This document shows, one piece after another, positions 14,101 through 27,934 of a stretch of 64,000 nt of DNA (its first letter is position 1; every line of letters starts with the position of its first letter). The notes under the pieces are model-generated. The model was not told the origin of the DNA, did no database searches, and saw only the letters and a list, made by a program, of their open reading frames with translations. The position numbers were made by a program, and so were the translations under genes. The DNA is from Squalus acanthias (lineage: Eukaryota): the NCBI GenBank assembly GCA_030390025.1, contig CM059438.1, forward strand, positions 80,104,001-80,168,000, in the 5' to 3' direction.

Positions 14101-17100
14101 TGGACAAGAGATCTGGTGAAATCTATGTGAAAATAAAAGAAAGTTATGCATACTGCGATCTGCTGTGATTATTTTATCCCAAATTATGAAATGGCGATGG
14201 GTAAAGTTTTAAATGTAGCCACACAGAGCTCTGAAATAATCTGTCTATAAAAAATACTGAGAGAGTTTGCCTTCCATTGTTTAACACAAATCATAAAACT
14301 GTTAGTTTAAGGGACACGCAACTGTTGTTACTGCGTTTTGTAACATTTTGGGATGTTACGAAATTTGTAATTGTTAAGAGCTAAGTCTGATATATAATTG
14401 TACGATTGGATATAAAACAAGCTGAAACTGATATCGTAGCTAAACTTGGCAATATGCAATCTAAGACCAGATTGTGGACAATTGATTTTGTTGACAAGTT
14501 TGTAAAAAGTATTTCAAAGAGGACATCATCTTGTTGCAAGCTCCTCTGAATTTGCACCCTGGTTTTGTAACAACCCTATTCTAACTCCATAAGCCTGTGT
14601 TTCATATCATTAAGAAATTCTAAACTAGCCTGAACACTGTGAGAACATTTTACTCTTCCCAGTGGGATATTCAGTTTCACTCACAATAACACTCAATAGC
14701 ATTGGTTAAGCTAGTTAGAATAAACAAAGCGGACTATTCACTTTAACTTTGTGACGTCCTACAGGATATAAAGTAAAATAGAAAGTAAACGTCAGTTTTC
14801 TTTTTTGATGTAAGTTATACATCAGTCATGCGATACAATTGCTTGCAGGTTGTGGGCTATGTAACGGACAAATGTGTTAATTTCACGGATTATTGGATAA
14901 CATTGCAGCCCTGGAAAGGCAGAACGGATCCAGGGCAGTTTGTGTCCAGTAACATCTCACAATGTGTTACAGACTAGGGCGATAGTTCATTTGATATACA
15001 AGTCAAGTGTACGATCCGATAATTGGCTTTATATTCACTGCAGTACTAACTTTCTCCCGCATGCTCAGTTTCTGCAAATGCCAGTCCATCGTTCAATACA
15101 AGTTTGGAACCAAGGGCCGAATTGGCAAGTTAGAAGTGTGTTTGTCAGGTTTCCATCATATATTAGTTGTCATTGAAAATTGCACTAAATCACTGTATCT
15201 GCCCCTTCCGGTGTGTTTTCAATGATCATTACAAAGGTGGTTTATGTAGATTAAAATGCCGTGATATCCTGTTTGCCAACCATATTATTTACAAAATACA
15301 GGAACCCGAGAGGTGTACTTATCTCTGGCACCTTCAGTTGAAGGTTGTCACACGTTTAGGATGTGGGTTTCAGTTTGTTCAATGAAATGGACATAAGCAT
15401 CACAATCCTAATTTTACTAATAAATAGACAATGGTTCTTGTAAACGATTAGAACAAGAGGTTTGAAATATATTGGATGCAAGAAGGCCTGTTTACTAGAT
15501 AGCTAACCCAAACTGCAGATTGATCTATAGACTGCATTAATGAATCAAGTACGGAAAGAATTGATGTCACAACTAAAGTGTACAGCATAGATCATATTAT
15601 CAGACAGTATAAGACACATCAATGCTGACAGCTTGCACTCGCGTTTTGATGGATTGGAAAGACACTATTCAACGTCCTGAATTATCAAATATGATTGTGA
15701 AGCAGTTAATCAGCCAGAAAGTTGGCCTTCGTATTATAAACCTTTCCACCGAGTAATGGTTTAATTGTGGTATTAATATAAAACCATAGTCAGTGAAAGG
15801 CTATTGGCTTTGGCTGGGTACCAGAAAGTCTGTATGTAACATTCCGCCCCTTCCCACACCTTCACACAAACAAACATTTCACACGTGCTTTTTTTCACAC
15901 ATTTTAGTGGGTTATGAGCATTACCAAGCAGGCTAACCTAACAAAATAATCTAACAGTGACCCATCGATTGGCATCGGCACCAATACCAACATATCTCCA
16001 AAATCAGGAATGTTAAAAACATTGGATATATGACAATTTAAAAAGCAGGTGCTGAACCGCATCACACAACATGTATAGGTCTAAATATTGAGAAAGTAAC
16101 TTTTAATTTGAATTAGTATTGAGTTTACTTACAAAAGGGGAGAAAAGTCGCGGAACGTAATAAAGGACACGTTTTACCAGAACAAGTGGCCGCAGGTGCA
16201 GAGCACTGATTAAACTAGGTGTCCTGATGCAAATTACGGAGCACAAATGTTTACAAAACTACTTCCCTCACTGAGCACTTTTAGAACTCACACTGCTCGC
16301 CAGTTCTTAGTATTCGATAAAGGGTTTACCCCCGTCAGTCTGCAATTGAGGAGCTGGCTTCTAAATATTTGTTCCTTTCCCCTCAATGTTTGCTATAAAA
16401 TTAAATCGAGATTTGTATCTTTTTTAAATTGAAACGATCCAGATCTACTTTATATTCCAATGTTATTCCATCTATTGCAATGGATGTATTGAGTTTTGCA
16501 CAAATCCCTCGTGTCTAATCCCATGGTTTACCTATAGCTTCCCATTGGCTAGCGTCCAAACTTAAATCTATCATTGGCACAGTTGTGTTCGGTACAGTTG
16601 ACCCCATATCACCCTCGCAATGTTAACAGACAGTATTAATTATTCTGGTTTACTGGGTATTAATGGCTTGACCGGTTAGGTCTTCTCAATTGATTAACTA
16701 AAGTAACTAATGATTGTAAAGTCCAATATGCTTGAACTGTTTTATCAGTCCAGTCGCCTTGTTAGGGTAGAGAGGTAACAACTGGTCAACAGATGTCAGT
16801 CAGGCTGAATTAATGATTAATCTGTTGTACAACAGGGACCAGTTACTACAACAGACTGTGTTCACATCCAGGATCAGACGTCGTCAGCTGACCAGACATC
16901 TCCCAACACAGAATGCAGCTGACAACAGGGTCCGCCGGTGCTCCCTGTAACATCTCTGTCTGCCTTAAACGGATATTTGAGCGGACTAAATGAACTATTG
17001 GGTTGACGTTTCGACCATTAAAAAAAATGATTTGCTTTCCAAAACAGCGGCTTGCAGTAAAAGTCACAGTGCCGATTTCACAGTGCACGTGGTCAGAGGT

Positions 17101-20100
17101 GTGAACAAGTCAATTTAAGAGATTGATTCCTGTGGTGGGTGTGCTTGTTTCAACTCCTTATTAAACAAAATGAATAAACACGAGTCCGGAGTTTCTTGTA
17201 CAAACAACGGGCGTTCCTAGTCTTTTCGAATGATTTTCTAATTAAAAGAAATAACTTGAACTGCTAGCTGTGTCCTTGCACTGGGGTATTTTAAATCTGT
17301 GAAATGAAAGCAGTGTACTTTAATTTACAGATAACTTAAAGTTCCAATGATGCTTAACCTTTCTCAAACCCGAATGATTCAACCGCCCCCCCCCCAAAAA
17401 AAAATCTACTAATATTTCAGATTTCAGAGAACTTTACTTTAAACTGAGGTGATGTTATCTAGAAAGACCCAAACAGATTATAAGCTTGGTAATATAAAAG
17501 TTGATTAAATGATATATTGTTCTGAATATATTTCAATTAATAGTTTAATCTAAAGAATAAGAATAAAAAGTTGGGCCTCGATATATTTTCTCGAGATGAT
17601 TGTGCCTTGTGAGATTAAATACATCGCCCACCCTGGTTTATACAAATAATTAACTTTAAAGCTGTTCTTATAATTCGAGTTATACAGCTCAGCAAACATA
17701 ACTATTTCGCTAAACTGAAATATGACCTGAGAGTAGCGATAAGACATCTTTCGAAATATTCTGTCATCTTGTATGGATGTAAAATGGATCAGCACAAATG
17801 AAAATAACTGTGCAGTTATGCAATATATGATTCTATCGGACGGGCATATTTTACCAGGTCCCATAAAAGTATAACCGTCTTAAGTTAAAAGGTCTTTGAT
17901 TTCAATCCTTTTAAGTTTAAACTTTTTTCGCTGCGGTAAGTACATTGTGTTACACTTTATCCTGTTGAAATACTTTTCCGCTCCGCTCTAAATTGGCTCA
18001 GACATTTCTTCCAGCAACAGGATTCCTGTCCCAACAGCACTTGTCAGTTCCATGAAATTTAAAACCAACCAACCAACCAACCAGCGATTCACTGATAGTC
18101 TTGCTAAAAAAAAAATTAGCCACGAGTTAAATACGCCTCTGGTTGTCTTCAGGTTGAATTTGTGAAACTGACCAAATCCTTCAATTTTAACACTCCCTGG
18201 TCATATATAAACAACACTTAAATGGTGTTGGAACATGTGGCGAAGATGGGCAGTACTAAAATGGTCATAATCACAATCAACTCGTATAACTGACCTTTCA
18301 CCTTTTTATGTTTGAGCTGGCACTTAATTAATCTGCTTTCCTGTGGAAGATGTTGACGTGTTTGGAGATAAGAATTATCCTCTTCAAAGCAGCGAGATAT
18401 ATATATATATATTTTAAAACGGAGTATCAGTCATTTGCCGCACTCCCTTTCTCGGTGTGAGAATTATTGAGTAAGTCTATATTCTTTCCACATCTTCCTG
18501 CAATGGGGTGTAATAGCCTGTCCTCAGTAACAACTACCAGGAATAGTTAATTAATGAAACGACCGGCTAATTGCTACTCGAGTTGATGCGCAAAGATGTT
18601 AAAGTGCGTTTGAAATAAGGCCGGTTCAATGTGTGAAGTGTACTTTCTAATTTTGTTTAAAAGCGTTTATGTGTGTGGACCCTTAGATATTTTGGCTGTC
18701 TTCTCCCGATCATGAAGCAAGCGCGACATTTAAGTGTTCAATTGAGTTTTAATTAATGGCACTATGTCGCTCGACCCTTTGGTCGCAGGACTGATACACG
18801 GAAGCTTTTATTTTCTGCAGGTGGCTAAATTTAATGAGAAGTGGGAGAATGAACCATAGAGTGGTAAAAAGACAAATAAATCCAAAATAGGAATGGACAA
18901 TTATTACCAGTAATGAAAAAGACACCGATTTCAACATGGGTGTATGACATAAACATCAATACTGACAAGAATAAAAGCATTTTTGAGGTTTATCTAACCT
19001 CTGCTGCCCTACATATGTCGAAATCAGTTGCAGTAAACAATGTTGAATGTTAAATGACCATCTTTACAATCTATTCCCATACTTCACTGAACTTCTCATG
19101 GCGTTAGAGAATTAATCGGACACATCTTGACGCTGTAAAGAGTGCCAGTTATTTATTTATTTCAGATTTTAAGCTTTCATTTCATCATACAGTGGCTAAC
19201 TAGTTCAGATATACATGAACACAAACAGTCACACGTGTAACAATATATTTATTTTGTCTGTTTATTTTCATGACCGGATCACAAAGTTTCGAATACTTTT
19301 TAATATTTTATAGGTAAAAGCATTTAGTGTTAAAGTAATGTTTGAACCTGTGAAACAAATGATAGTGAAATCCTATTCTATATGTAGCTGTTTGGGACGG
19401 AAGCAAGTTCCATATAGTCTGCTTTGTATATAACCGGATTGAATATCCATTTGTGATTATGTAAAAAGCGAAACTGAAACTCGGGTTAATGTGTCCACAC
19501 AGTTCCAGGAATCTTATTTAACTAAGAATGGATAGATTCGGATCAGATTGAATTCCCAGACTGCAGTTGTTTTATGTTATTACATTTTAAAATGTTTCAT
19601 ACCGAACAAAAGGATCGGTGAATTTTCATGAACTGGCATCAGTGCGTTTACAAACATGATGCAAATGCACACAACAGCAACCTTCCGGGTTGGAAGGGAA
19701 ATAACATAATTTTGCTGTTTTGTTGTTTTCTTTTTTTTTTTAAAGCTGGTCTCCTGAGCTGGAAGCCGAGCCGGCAGGGTAATCAGATACTGTTGTGTGC
19801 TGTTTTAACTAAGAATGCGGATACACCGAGCATTCCAGCAACACTTCTGCGTCTAAAAATTTCATTTGTAGACAGATTTCCCGCAGACGAATACCCCCTG
19901 CAGCTAACCTCATAACTCCGCTCATAAAAAGGAAAACGTGCAGAAACACATCAAATAAAAAGGGGATTCTTTACTTAAAGAGCGACATAATATTTCCTTG
20001 AGAGGATACATTAAGCATCTTGAATCCTTTTGATCTGGGAAGGAAATTCTGAAATAGTCCACGTCTTATTAGGAGCTTCTTGCAGCCTACTGTAAACTCG

Positions 20101-23100
20101 GCTTAAAAGTTGTTTTTTTAAAGTCTGCTCATTGTACAAATGTAATAAATCCCAGCTGAATATATCTCAGCAAGGATTAGATGGAAGGAATTGGATCGTC
20201 GTACAGTTCGGATGCTTGTTATGTGAACAGTTGATCCGCGCTGCAAACATTCAGGAGTTACTCTTGCAAATCTCCGAAACTGCATTTCTCAAATGAATTC
20301 AACGATTTGAGTTTGTTGCGGCGTTTTCCCCTTAAAGCCGCGTTTTTAGTTGTAAGTCTGACGCTGAGAAGATTTCGACTTGTTCATACGGCTCCCCTGA
20401 TTAACCAAATTACCCAGTTAGGACAAATCGTTACTGTCCAGATCATAACACTCGCATCTAATTAAATCAGACTGGGGCGTTCTTTATTATCCTGGCGCAT
20501 GATAATTTTGAAGGCAGACTGTTAAATACCAGGGAGAGCTGAGGGGGGAGGGGTAGCAGGGTATTTCCATCCAGTAAGATACTGTCCCCAATGAATACAC
20601 ACACACACACACGGGCAGAGTTATATCGTATTCGGATACTCACGAAGTTGTAAACAATTGGGAGGAACGATTCAGCAAAACACATTCAAGTGACACGATG
20701 GCGCTTTAAACATTTAAACAGCTGTACTTTCTAAAACGTGTATCGCGACAGGAATCGTAGCGATGGCATACATGTAATTACAATTACTCAGCTTTATTAG
20801 TGAAACATGCTATGCTCGGAAGAAATCTTTTATTTCCAACTATAAAGAAACAATTACAGGGAAATGGTTTGTGGAGAATAGGTTGGTACAGTGTTGTCTG
20901 ATGAGTGCAGTTATATAGCCGGAGTGGACAAGTGCAGTAAAACTCGGGTTGATTTGGCACGGGCCGAGAAATCAACGCCCATGAATCAATTTCATCACCA
21001 CATTGAGAAAATGAGTTGACTGAACAGTAAAATCAGGAGTTGTGGTGCTGATGAGAAGCTTCTACCAATCGTCCGTTAATATTTTCTTTATAAAATAACA
21101 TCATTCAAGTCATTGCCAAAGTTTGACCTGGCATATTCATGCTCAATGGAATCTATGTCTATGTGTTCGTTCAGAACACTGAGCGAGACCCCGATCACGA
21201 CTCACTGAGTTGTATCCCAGACTTAAGTTAATACAGAACATAGGCAAGTGGGACATAACTGAACTGAAATCTTCCATTCAAGACACACGCAATCCTCTTT
21301 AGTATGAAGTATTTCCATGTATAGTTAGTGATAAAAGGAAAATGTTTTATGATTTATATTAATGTTTCATGTTGTATTTACGTATGATATTGAGCTCGTG
21401 GCGTATTGTACACTGTCTCGTAGAGTTCCCATAACACGCGTTCCTCACGTCTTGGGATCCAGCTTCTGAAATGAAATATAGGCGCTGAAACCGTGACAAA
21501 TGAAGTTGTCAGTAGGCAGTAACTCTGTTCAATTAAAGCAGGTAGGTTTCACGCCCCTCCCATACATATCCCGACATCCACACGTTGTCTAATTTAAATG
21601 ATGTCGCTGAAGTTTACCAGAAGGAGAGTACAGTCCAAGTGTTTGTTTTACGGTTGTACAGTTTAAAAAAACAAACTCCTCTTACATTTCTCTGGGATCA
21701 CGAGGTCAAATGTTTACATAAGCCAAATTTCAACTCGAGACATTTGTGTGAGAATTGTAACAGTTCTTAATTGTCTGGTGGAAGTGCTTCGGTCCCGCTC
21801 GCATGATGCATCCATCCCTTGTTGGTCTCTGCAAGTTTGTGAGCGCCTCCTGCTGGCGAACCTGAACGCTTCCTTATACCAGACATGGGAGATGGTGGAG
21901 AACTGTACCAATGAACAGCCACTGCGTGAAGGCAGAAGGCCTCAGACGCTCAAGGCTCTGCGTTAGAAAATCATTTTGCGTCCCCCTCTCCGATTATTAT
22001 AAGAAATTAAAGCTGTGAATGAAGTGGTGCCGAAGTGCTTTAGATGTTTCGACAACATTATCACATTGTTAAACTTTAGCCGTTTAGTCGACAAACATGT
22101 TTTGTGATGACACACACTGGAGTGAAATCTTTTACTCGTTCCCTCTTTCAGTGTTAACATTCCCTTCCTCTCCCCCCCCCCCCCTGTGTATTTAAATTCA
22201 AACATACATATTCACTTCAACTTTCCATTACCAGTAATTACGAACAGCTTTTTCCACAGGAAAAAAAACAGCGATTGTTTAGCAAAATAAAATGCAACTG
22301 AGCTTAACTAACCCATACATAGGAATAGGGAATTAGACAGAGCAACAGATCTAAATAGTATTCACAAGAGTTTCCAGTAATCGAAATGTGGCATCAATGC
22401 ACCATTAAATTACTCGTGTAAGCATATTTGTAATTTAATCTAATGTCTTATCTTTTCATTTAGAGAAAAAAACACGAAAATAAAACGCCTGATTATTGTA
22501 CTCGAGAAAATTACTGATGAGGGTTTCAAAATAAACCCATAGTTACAAGGGCAATAACGATGATTAATTACAGCTTGTCAATCACAGTGCATGAAGATAT
22601 AAAACCAACATCAAGCAATATATTAGGCGCCTAGAGCAATTACAGGTTTTAATTCACAGTTCAATTTATATCAAATTAAGTACTTGCATTTTCTATTCAG
22701 ATAAAATCATTTAAGTAGGGAGGAATATAGTGATAGTTATGTCACCCAATAATATCAAGAGATTTGCTAGATAATTGTAACTAATCTACAACCTGTCAGT
22801 TATCTGTGCAAACCTCGATCCCGTGGATTAAGCAGTCTGCGATTTGAATTCTATTGTTAGGAGTTAGTCACGGTTGCTGGCTGGAAGCTGGTACCTTTGT
22901 GTGTTGGTGTGGTAGGCCGGCTGACAGCAGATGGTACTGGAGATGGTGACGTTTACATAGAGAGGCTGTTTCTCGCAGCTCCAGGCTCACGATTTGTTCA
23001 CCTGTCACCTTTTACCCGGCGCAGGAAATCCAACCTGCAGACAGAATCTATACTATCAACATCAACGACCAACACACACACACACACACCTGCTTCACTT

Positions 23101-24489
23101 CCAGGATAGCCTAAGAGTACCTTGGTGACGATCGTTTTAATGAATACATTTCAACTGTTATTTTAATCTACCGGACCATATCTACTTTAAATCTGTTCCA
23201 TCTTTATGTGAATACATACGGCAGAAGTGAATGCACTTCATACTTTTAATGCCATCAAATTACGAAAATTAAAGTTAGAAAGGTCTATTATTCACCTCAT
23301 TTGGGAAGCAGTGAGAACCCCCACCCACAGTTAGCGCTGTGGATTAAGTGACTGCAGAAACACTGCCAAGGCCTGTCTATACACGTGGATTCCATGTAAC
23401 CATGACCTTGCAAATTGGCAGAGGCAGAACCATGGACAAACACGATTTGCAGGATAAATGCACACATACAGTATATACATTTTTGACTCTGTGGATTAGA
23501 TCTGGCGCTGGTTTCACTTTGGCTTTTGTCTGCATTACATCTGTATCCAGTATGGCCCCCGGCTTCTTTGTAACCGCCGCGGAAAGCCTTGATTTCCAAG
23601 TTTAATCTTGTTCTGATTGGGCACGCTCTGTTCCCCGGACTAACATGATTATTTCTGTTTTCTAAGGCGATCTGGTTGTAGTCTGTGTCAGACAAGGTTC
23701 CCAACACCCGCCGTGCGTTATGTTTAAAGGTTGGCGCTAACAGCTATATTTGCAATACATGTCGTGTGAATATTCCGATAGGAATTATTTTAATTACAAA
23801 AAAAAAAGAAAGCTCAGACGTCACGCCTGGGATCCACGTACTGGGGATTTAATGATAACATGGCATCTGGCCAACGTTCGACTCATTTTTCAGTTACCGT
23901 AGGATACAAAATTCTGACTGTTGTGGGAAAACACCGTATGAACGTATATGTTTAGATCCTATTTGACGCGTTAAAATTGTAATTACTGCATACTTCAAAG
24001 ACATTATTTCAACTGCGAGTGTTAAAAACGATATCTAGTCCAGGATGTACTGCATACCCACTGGGTAGGGAGGGAGATGAAGCTGCAGGAAGGACTCTCA
24101 TCTGCACAAACTACAGCACATTCATTTGCCTCAGATTACCCCAGCGACGTATTCAAAGCTACCCCACAGGCGCACACCAGCGTCCTTTGTCACAGACAGG
24201 GAATAAACTTTCATCTATCAGAAATGGAGGTTTACAACGGAAGCACATGTAAGTAGAAAAGTAACGTACAAACCCGTTTATCTTTGGATTATTCAAACAT
24301 GCTTTAACAACTTTTATAAATCATTTGTTTAATGACGAAAAGTCTATGCATTTATATTACACCCATAGACTATAACTGATGTGTACTACAGGTATTTGCA
24401 TTTTAAGTTCGCAATATGTGGTCCCCACCAATGATACACACACATACAGTTAAGTTATAGATGCAATAATTCAATTTGTTAATCTACGA

Positions 24490-25211
24490 ATCCTGAAGGG
24501 GGTGCACGAACAGAGACCTGGGGGTGTAATGTTCACAAATCGTTGAAGGTGGCAGGGCAGGTTGAGAAAGCGGTTAAAAAGCCTTGGGGATCCTGGGCTT
24601 CATGAGTACGGAGTACGAAAGTGTGGAAATTATTATGAACCTGTCTAAAACACAGATTCAGCCCCAACTGGAGGACTGTCCAATCTGGGCATCGCACTTT
24701 AGGAAGGATGTGAAGGCCTTAGAGAGGGTGCAGAAAAGAGTTACCAGAATGATTCCAGGGATGAGGGACTTCAGTTACCTGGATAGACTGGAGAAGCTAG
24801 GGTTGTTCTCCTTGGAGCAGAGAAGGTTGAGAGGAGATTTGATAGAGGTGTTCAAAATCATGAGGGGTCTGGACAGAGTAGATAATAGATAAAGGGAAAC
24901 TTTTCCCATTGGCTGAAGGGTCGAGAACCAGAGGACGCTGATTTAAGGTGATTGGCAAAAGAACCAAAGGCGACAAAAAACTTTTTTACGCAGCGAGTGT
25001 TTTGGATCTTGAATGCACTGCCTGAAAGGGTGGTGGAGGCAGACTCAATCATGGCTTTCAAAAGGGAGTTGGATAAGTAACTGAAGGAAAGAAATTTGCA
25101 GGGCTACAGGGAAAGGGCGGGGGAGTGGGACTGGCTGAGGTGCTCTTGCAGAGAGCCGGCACGAGCTCGACGGGCCGAATGGTCTCCTTCCGTGCTGTAA
25201 CCATTCTATGA
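24490..25211 (+). mobile_element. 5'-truncated CR1 LINE 3' end (ORF2 C-terminus and 3' UTR)
   Basis: HFRKDVKALERVQKRVTRMIPGMRDFSYLDRLEKLGLFSLEQRRLRGDLIEVFKIMRGLDRV, ending in GGGCCGAATGG...CCATTCTATGA, a typical CR1 terminus. Confidence 0.95.
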
Positions 25212-27419
25212 ACTGCTTTCCAATTGCAGTGAGAATCTTCTGAATTATCAATATCTACAAACTGTCCCCAGGTTTTGCACTCAGAAAAGGAAACGATTAC
25301 CAATCTAGAGGCTGTCAGCAAGCTATTGTAATTAGGAGACCCTGTTGTATACGGGCAACGGGTTTGTTTTAATGGTTTTATAAAACGACTATTTGAGTAG
25401 TGCAGCTTTAACTCTTTCTGCAATGAAGCAAAATGCACAGAAAGGTCTTGAATAATCACTGCACGGTGTCTTCTAATTAGAGTATGCTTTATGAGCTTTA
25501 TTAGATTGTGTTCTGTCACATGCACCACGATTTTGTAAACTGGTCAATATTAAAGCAATACGGCCACACAGACACATTTTCTCTCTCTCACATACACACA
25601 GAATACATATCTAATGTTTGCTATGAAGCAGTGTATGTTTATGTATATATGTATACTGCTAGTAGTCACAGAACTCTCGTTACAACGAACTTGTCCTTGG
25701 TCCCAACTGAAGCTTCATCACCATCCGTGTAGGGCTCAGACCTGGACAATACCCCCTACGTTAAAAAAAATAAACCCTCTGCCCATTCCCATGACCTCGT
25801 TCCCTTTCTCTAATGCATAATTTCATATACATATATATATATTACATATAGACATGCAGTTAGTCTAGTTTGTTTTCTTCATTCTATGAACCCAAATGAT
25901 TGACATGCCCAATACATGGCAATCAAACACCACCATGCTCCCGGCCATTCGAAGCAGAATTTATCACAATCCAGGAAACCTTATGTGCAAGACAAGCCGC
26001 CACCTGAAGTGGACCGGCCCTCTCGGGTGTCCTCTGCGAGCCTGCCGACGTTGACACCAGTGGGGCAAAGCATATCTGCAGCAACGGACCATCCACAGCG
26101 TTTTGTATGATAATCCGATAGTTACAAATATAACGGTTACCTGTTCATGGAGCTTCACAACTGAATCTGAATGTTGTTGCTCTTTGGAAAAAGAATCACA
26201 CGATATCCATTGGATTCGCCATTAAGTATGTTTGAAGCATATAGCCAACCAATTAGTTACAACTTTTAATTAACATACCCCATAGTATAGCATGCCGTTG
26301 ATTAGTAGCCAGACTATAGATTTTCTCTGGAATCATTTACATTTCTGACCATTTAACTCGTACTAACTGGCTATTAATATGGGCAAGAGTTATCAAAAAG
26401 ACCTTTGTAATCTAGAAAAATACATTCAAATAGTCTGATATTTTAAATTGCTGCCACCTACAGAGTTTAAAATGTCTTCAAAACTGCACGAATCATTAAA
26501 ATGAAATTGCTTTGTATGCTGGGGCGGCTTTGGTATAAAGTCTTCACGTTGGGTTTAAAACGGTGCTGTGCGGTTTGTACTACATTCGGACACTGGCCAT
26601 CTGAAATGTTGTCCTTAACCAATAGCAAACGACACTGGCCATATTTTGATGGAACTTTTATCTACTTTTCTTCAATTCGCCACTGTGGCCAACAAAATGC
26701 TGACAGAAAGTTGCGATATAAATAGGTTTCATATCGTATGAGATGCATATCCTCTTTCGGTGGTGAATATGTGTCACTTGTAATAGGATATGCGTATTAA
26801 GTCAGCGGAATAAAACTGTGCAACGATAATATGGATCTTCTTAAGGCTTATTGTAATGTACTATATTTTTAAAGGGAGACCCTGAAAATGCGATGGCAGA
26901 GTGGGATTGGCTTTTGTAAAGGGACACTGAGTGGTGCATACGCCTTCCTTTGCTTGCCTCATCGTGTTGAATCCACATGTTGTGCCATTCTAATCCAATT
27001 TAAAACAATTGATAATCGATAATTGCAAATTGTGTGTAAATCCCGGTTCTGTTCCGTACATTGTCACCAAATGTCCTCTTATGTGCAATCGATTTAACTA
27101 TTGTAAATGACCTGATGCCACAGCCAATGAAGTCTCTGCAAGCACTTTTTTTATTTTCTGTTTATTATATATCACTGCCTTAAGTGCTATAATAGTTAAA
27201 TGCATCTTTGGAAAGTAGCTATCTGGTGAAGTCGAGTTACCCAGGGTAATTACTGCAATGAGCCGAACGCGTGTGGTATGTTTGAGATTGATTTAAAGGA
27301 TAACAATGAGACTAACTAATTATGGCACTGCGCCTTTAAGTCTGTAAAAAAAAAATGTTGAACTCTTAAAATGTTTTTTTTCCATGGAACCTGAGCAGTC
27401 TCCCTTTAAATGTGAAAGC

Positions 27420-27545
27420 CCTCAGCACGCGCTGCTATAATAGGAAGGAGGCGACGTCCAGACAGCCAATGGGGAGGCGGGGGGCGGCGACGTACAGTCC
27501 CGGTAGAAAAGGCGCGGAGTCCGCGCTGCTCGGAGCTGTCAATCA
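27420..27545 (+). promoter_or_regulatory. Probable lhx2 proximal promoter (CCAAT box, GC boxes, CpG cluster)
   Basis: AGCCAATG with CCAAT at 27466-27470, followed directly by GGGGAGGCGGGGGGCGG (27471-27487). CpG-rich, about 450 nt upstream of the first ATG. Confidence 0.7.
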
Positions 27546-27934
27546 AAGAGAGAAAGAAAAAGCTTTGCAAGTCAGTGGCGTTAAAGGATTACACTAAATG
27601 CAGAGCGAACTCCTCCTCCCCAATTACTCACACAAGGCTTTGCTTTGCAGAAGAGTAACTTACTAAAAACAACAAGCCTTCAAGTCTGCAGCTTTTTGCA
27701 TCGAGATCAGACATTGCAAAAAACCCTGTATTTTTTTTCCATGTGATCAACTAGGCGACAACACATCTTGATGGGAGCTGTTTAAAGAGAGCGGGTCCCC
27801 CCCCCCCTCAAAAAAAAACCGTTCCAAGAGACGTGATTGTTTTTTTATTTTCTTATTCTTTTTAAGACCGAACCTGTGGTTTGACCTCGCTCTCTTTTTT
27901 CTATTGAGGGAGAGATTTAGAGAACTGTGGCTAA

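Noticed and set aside
1-27400. DENND1A (or, downstream, NEK6) exons expected from tetrapod synteny
   Set aside because: No matching peptides were recognised in the window.
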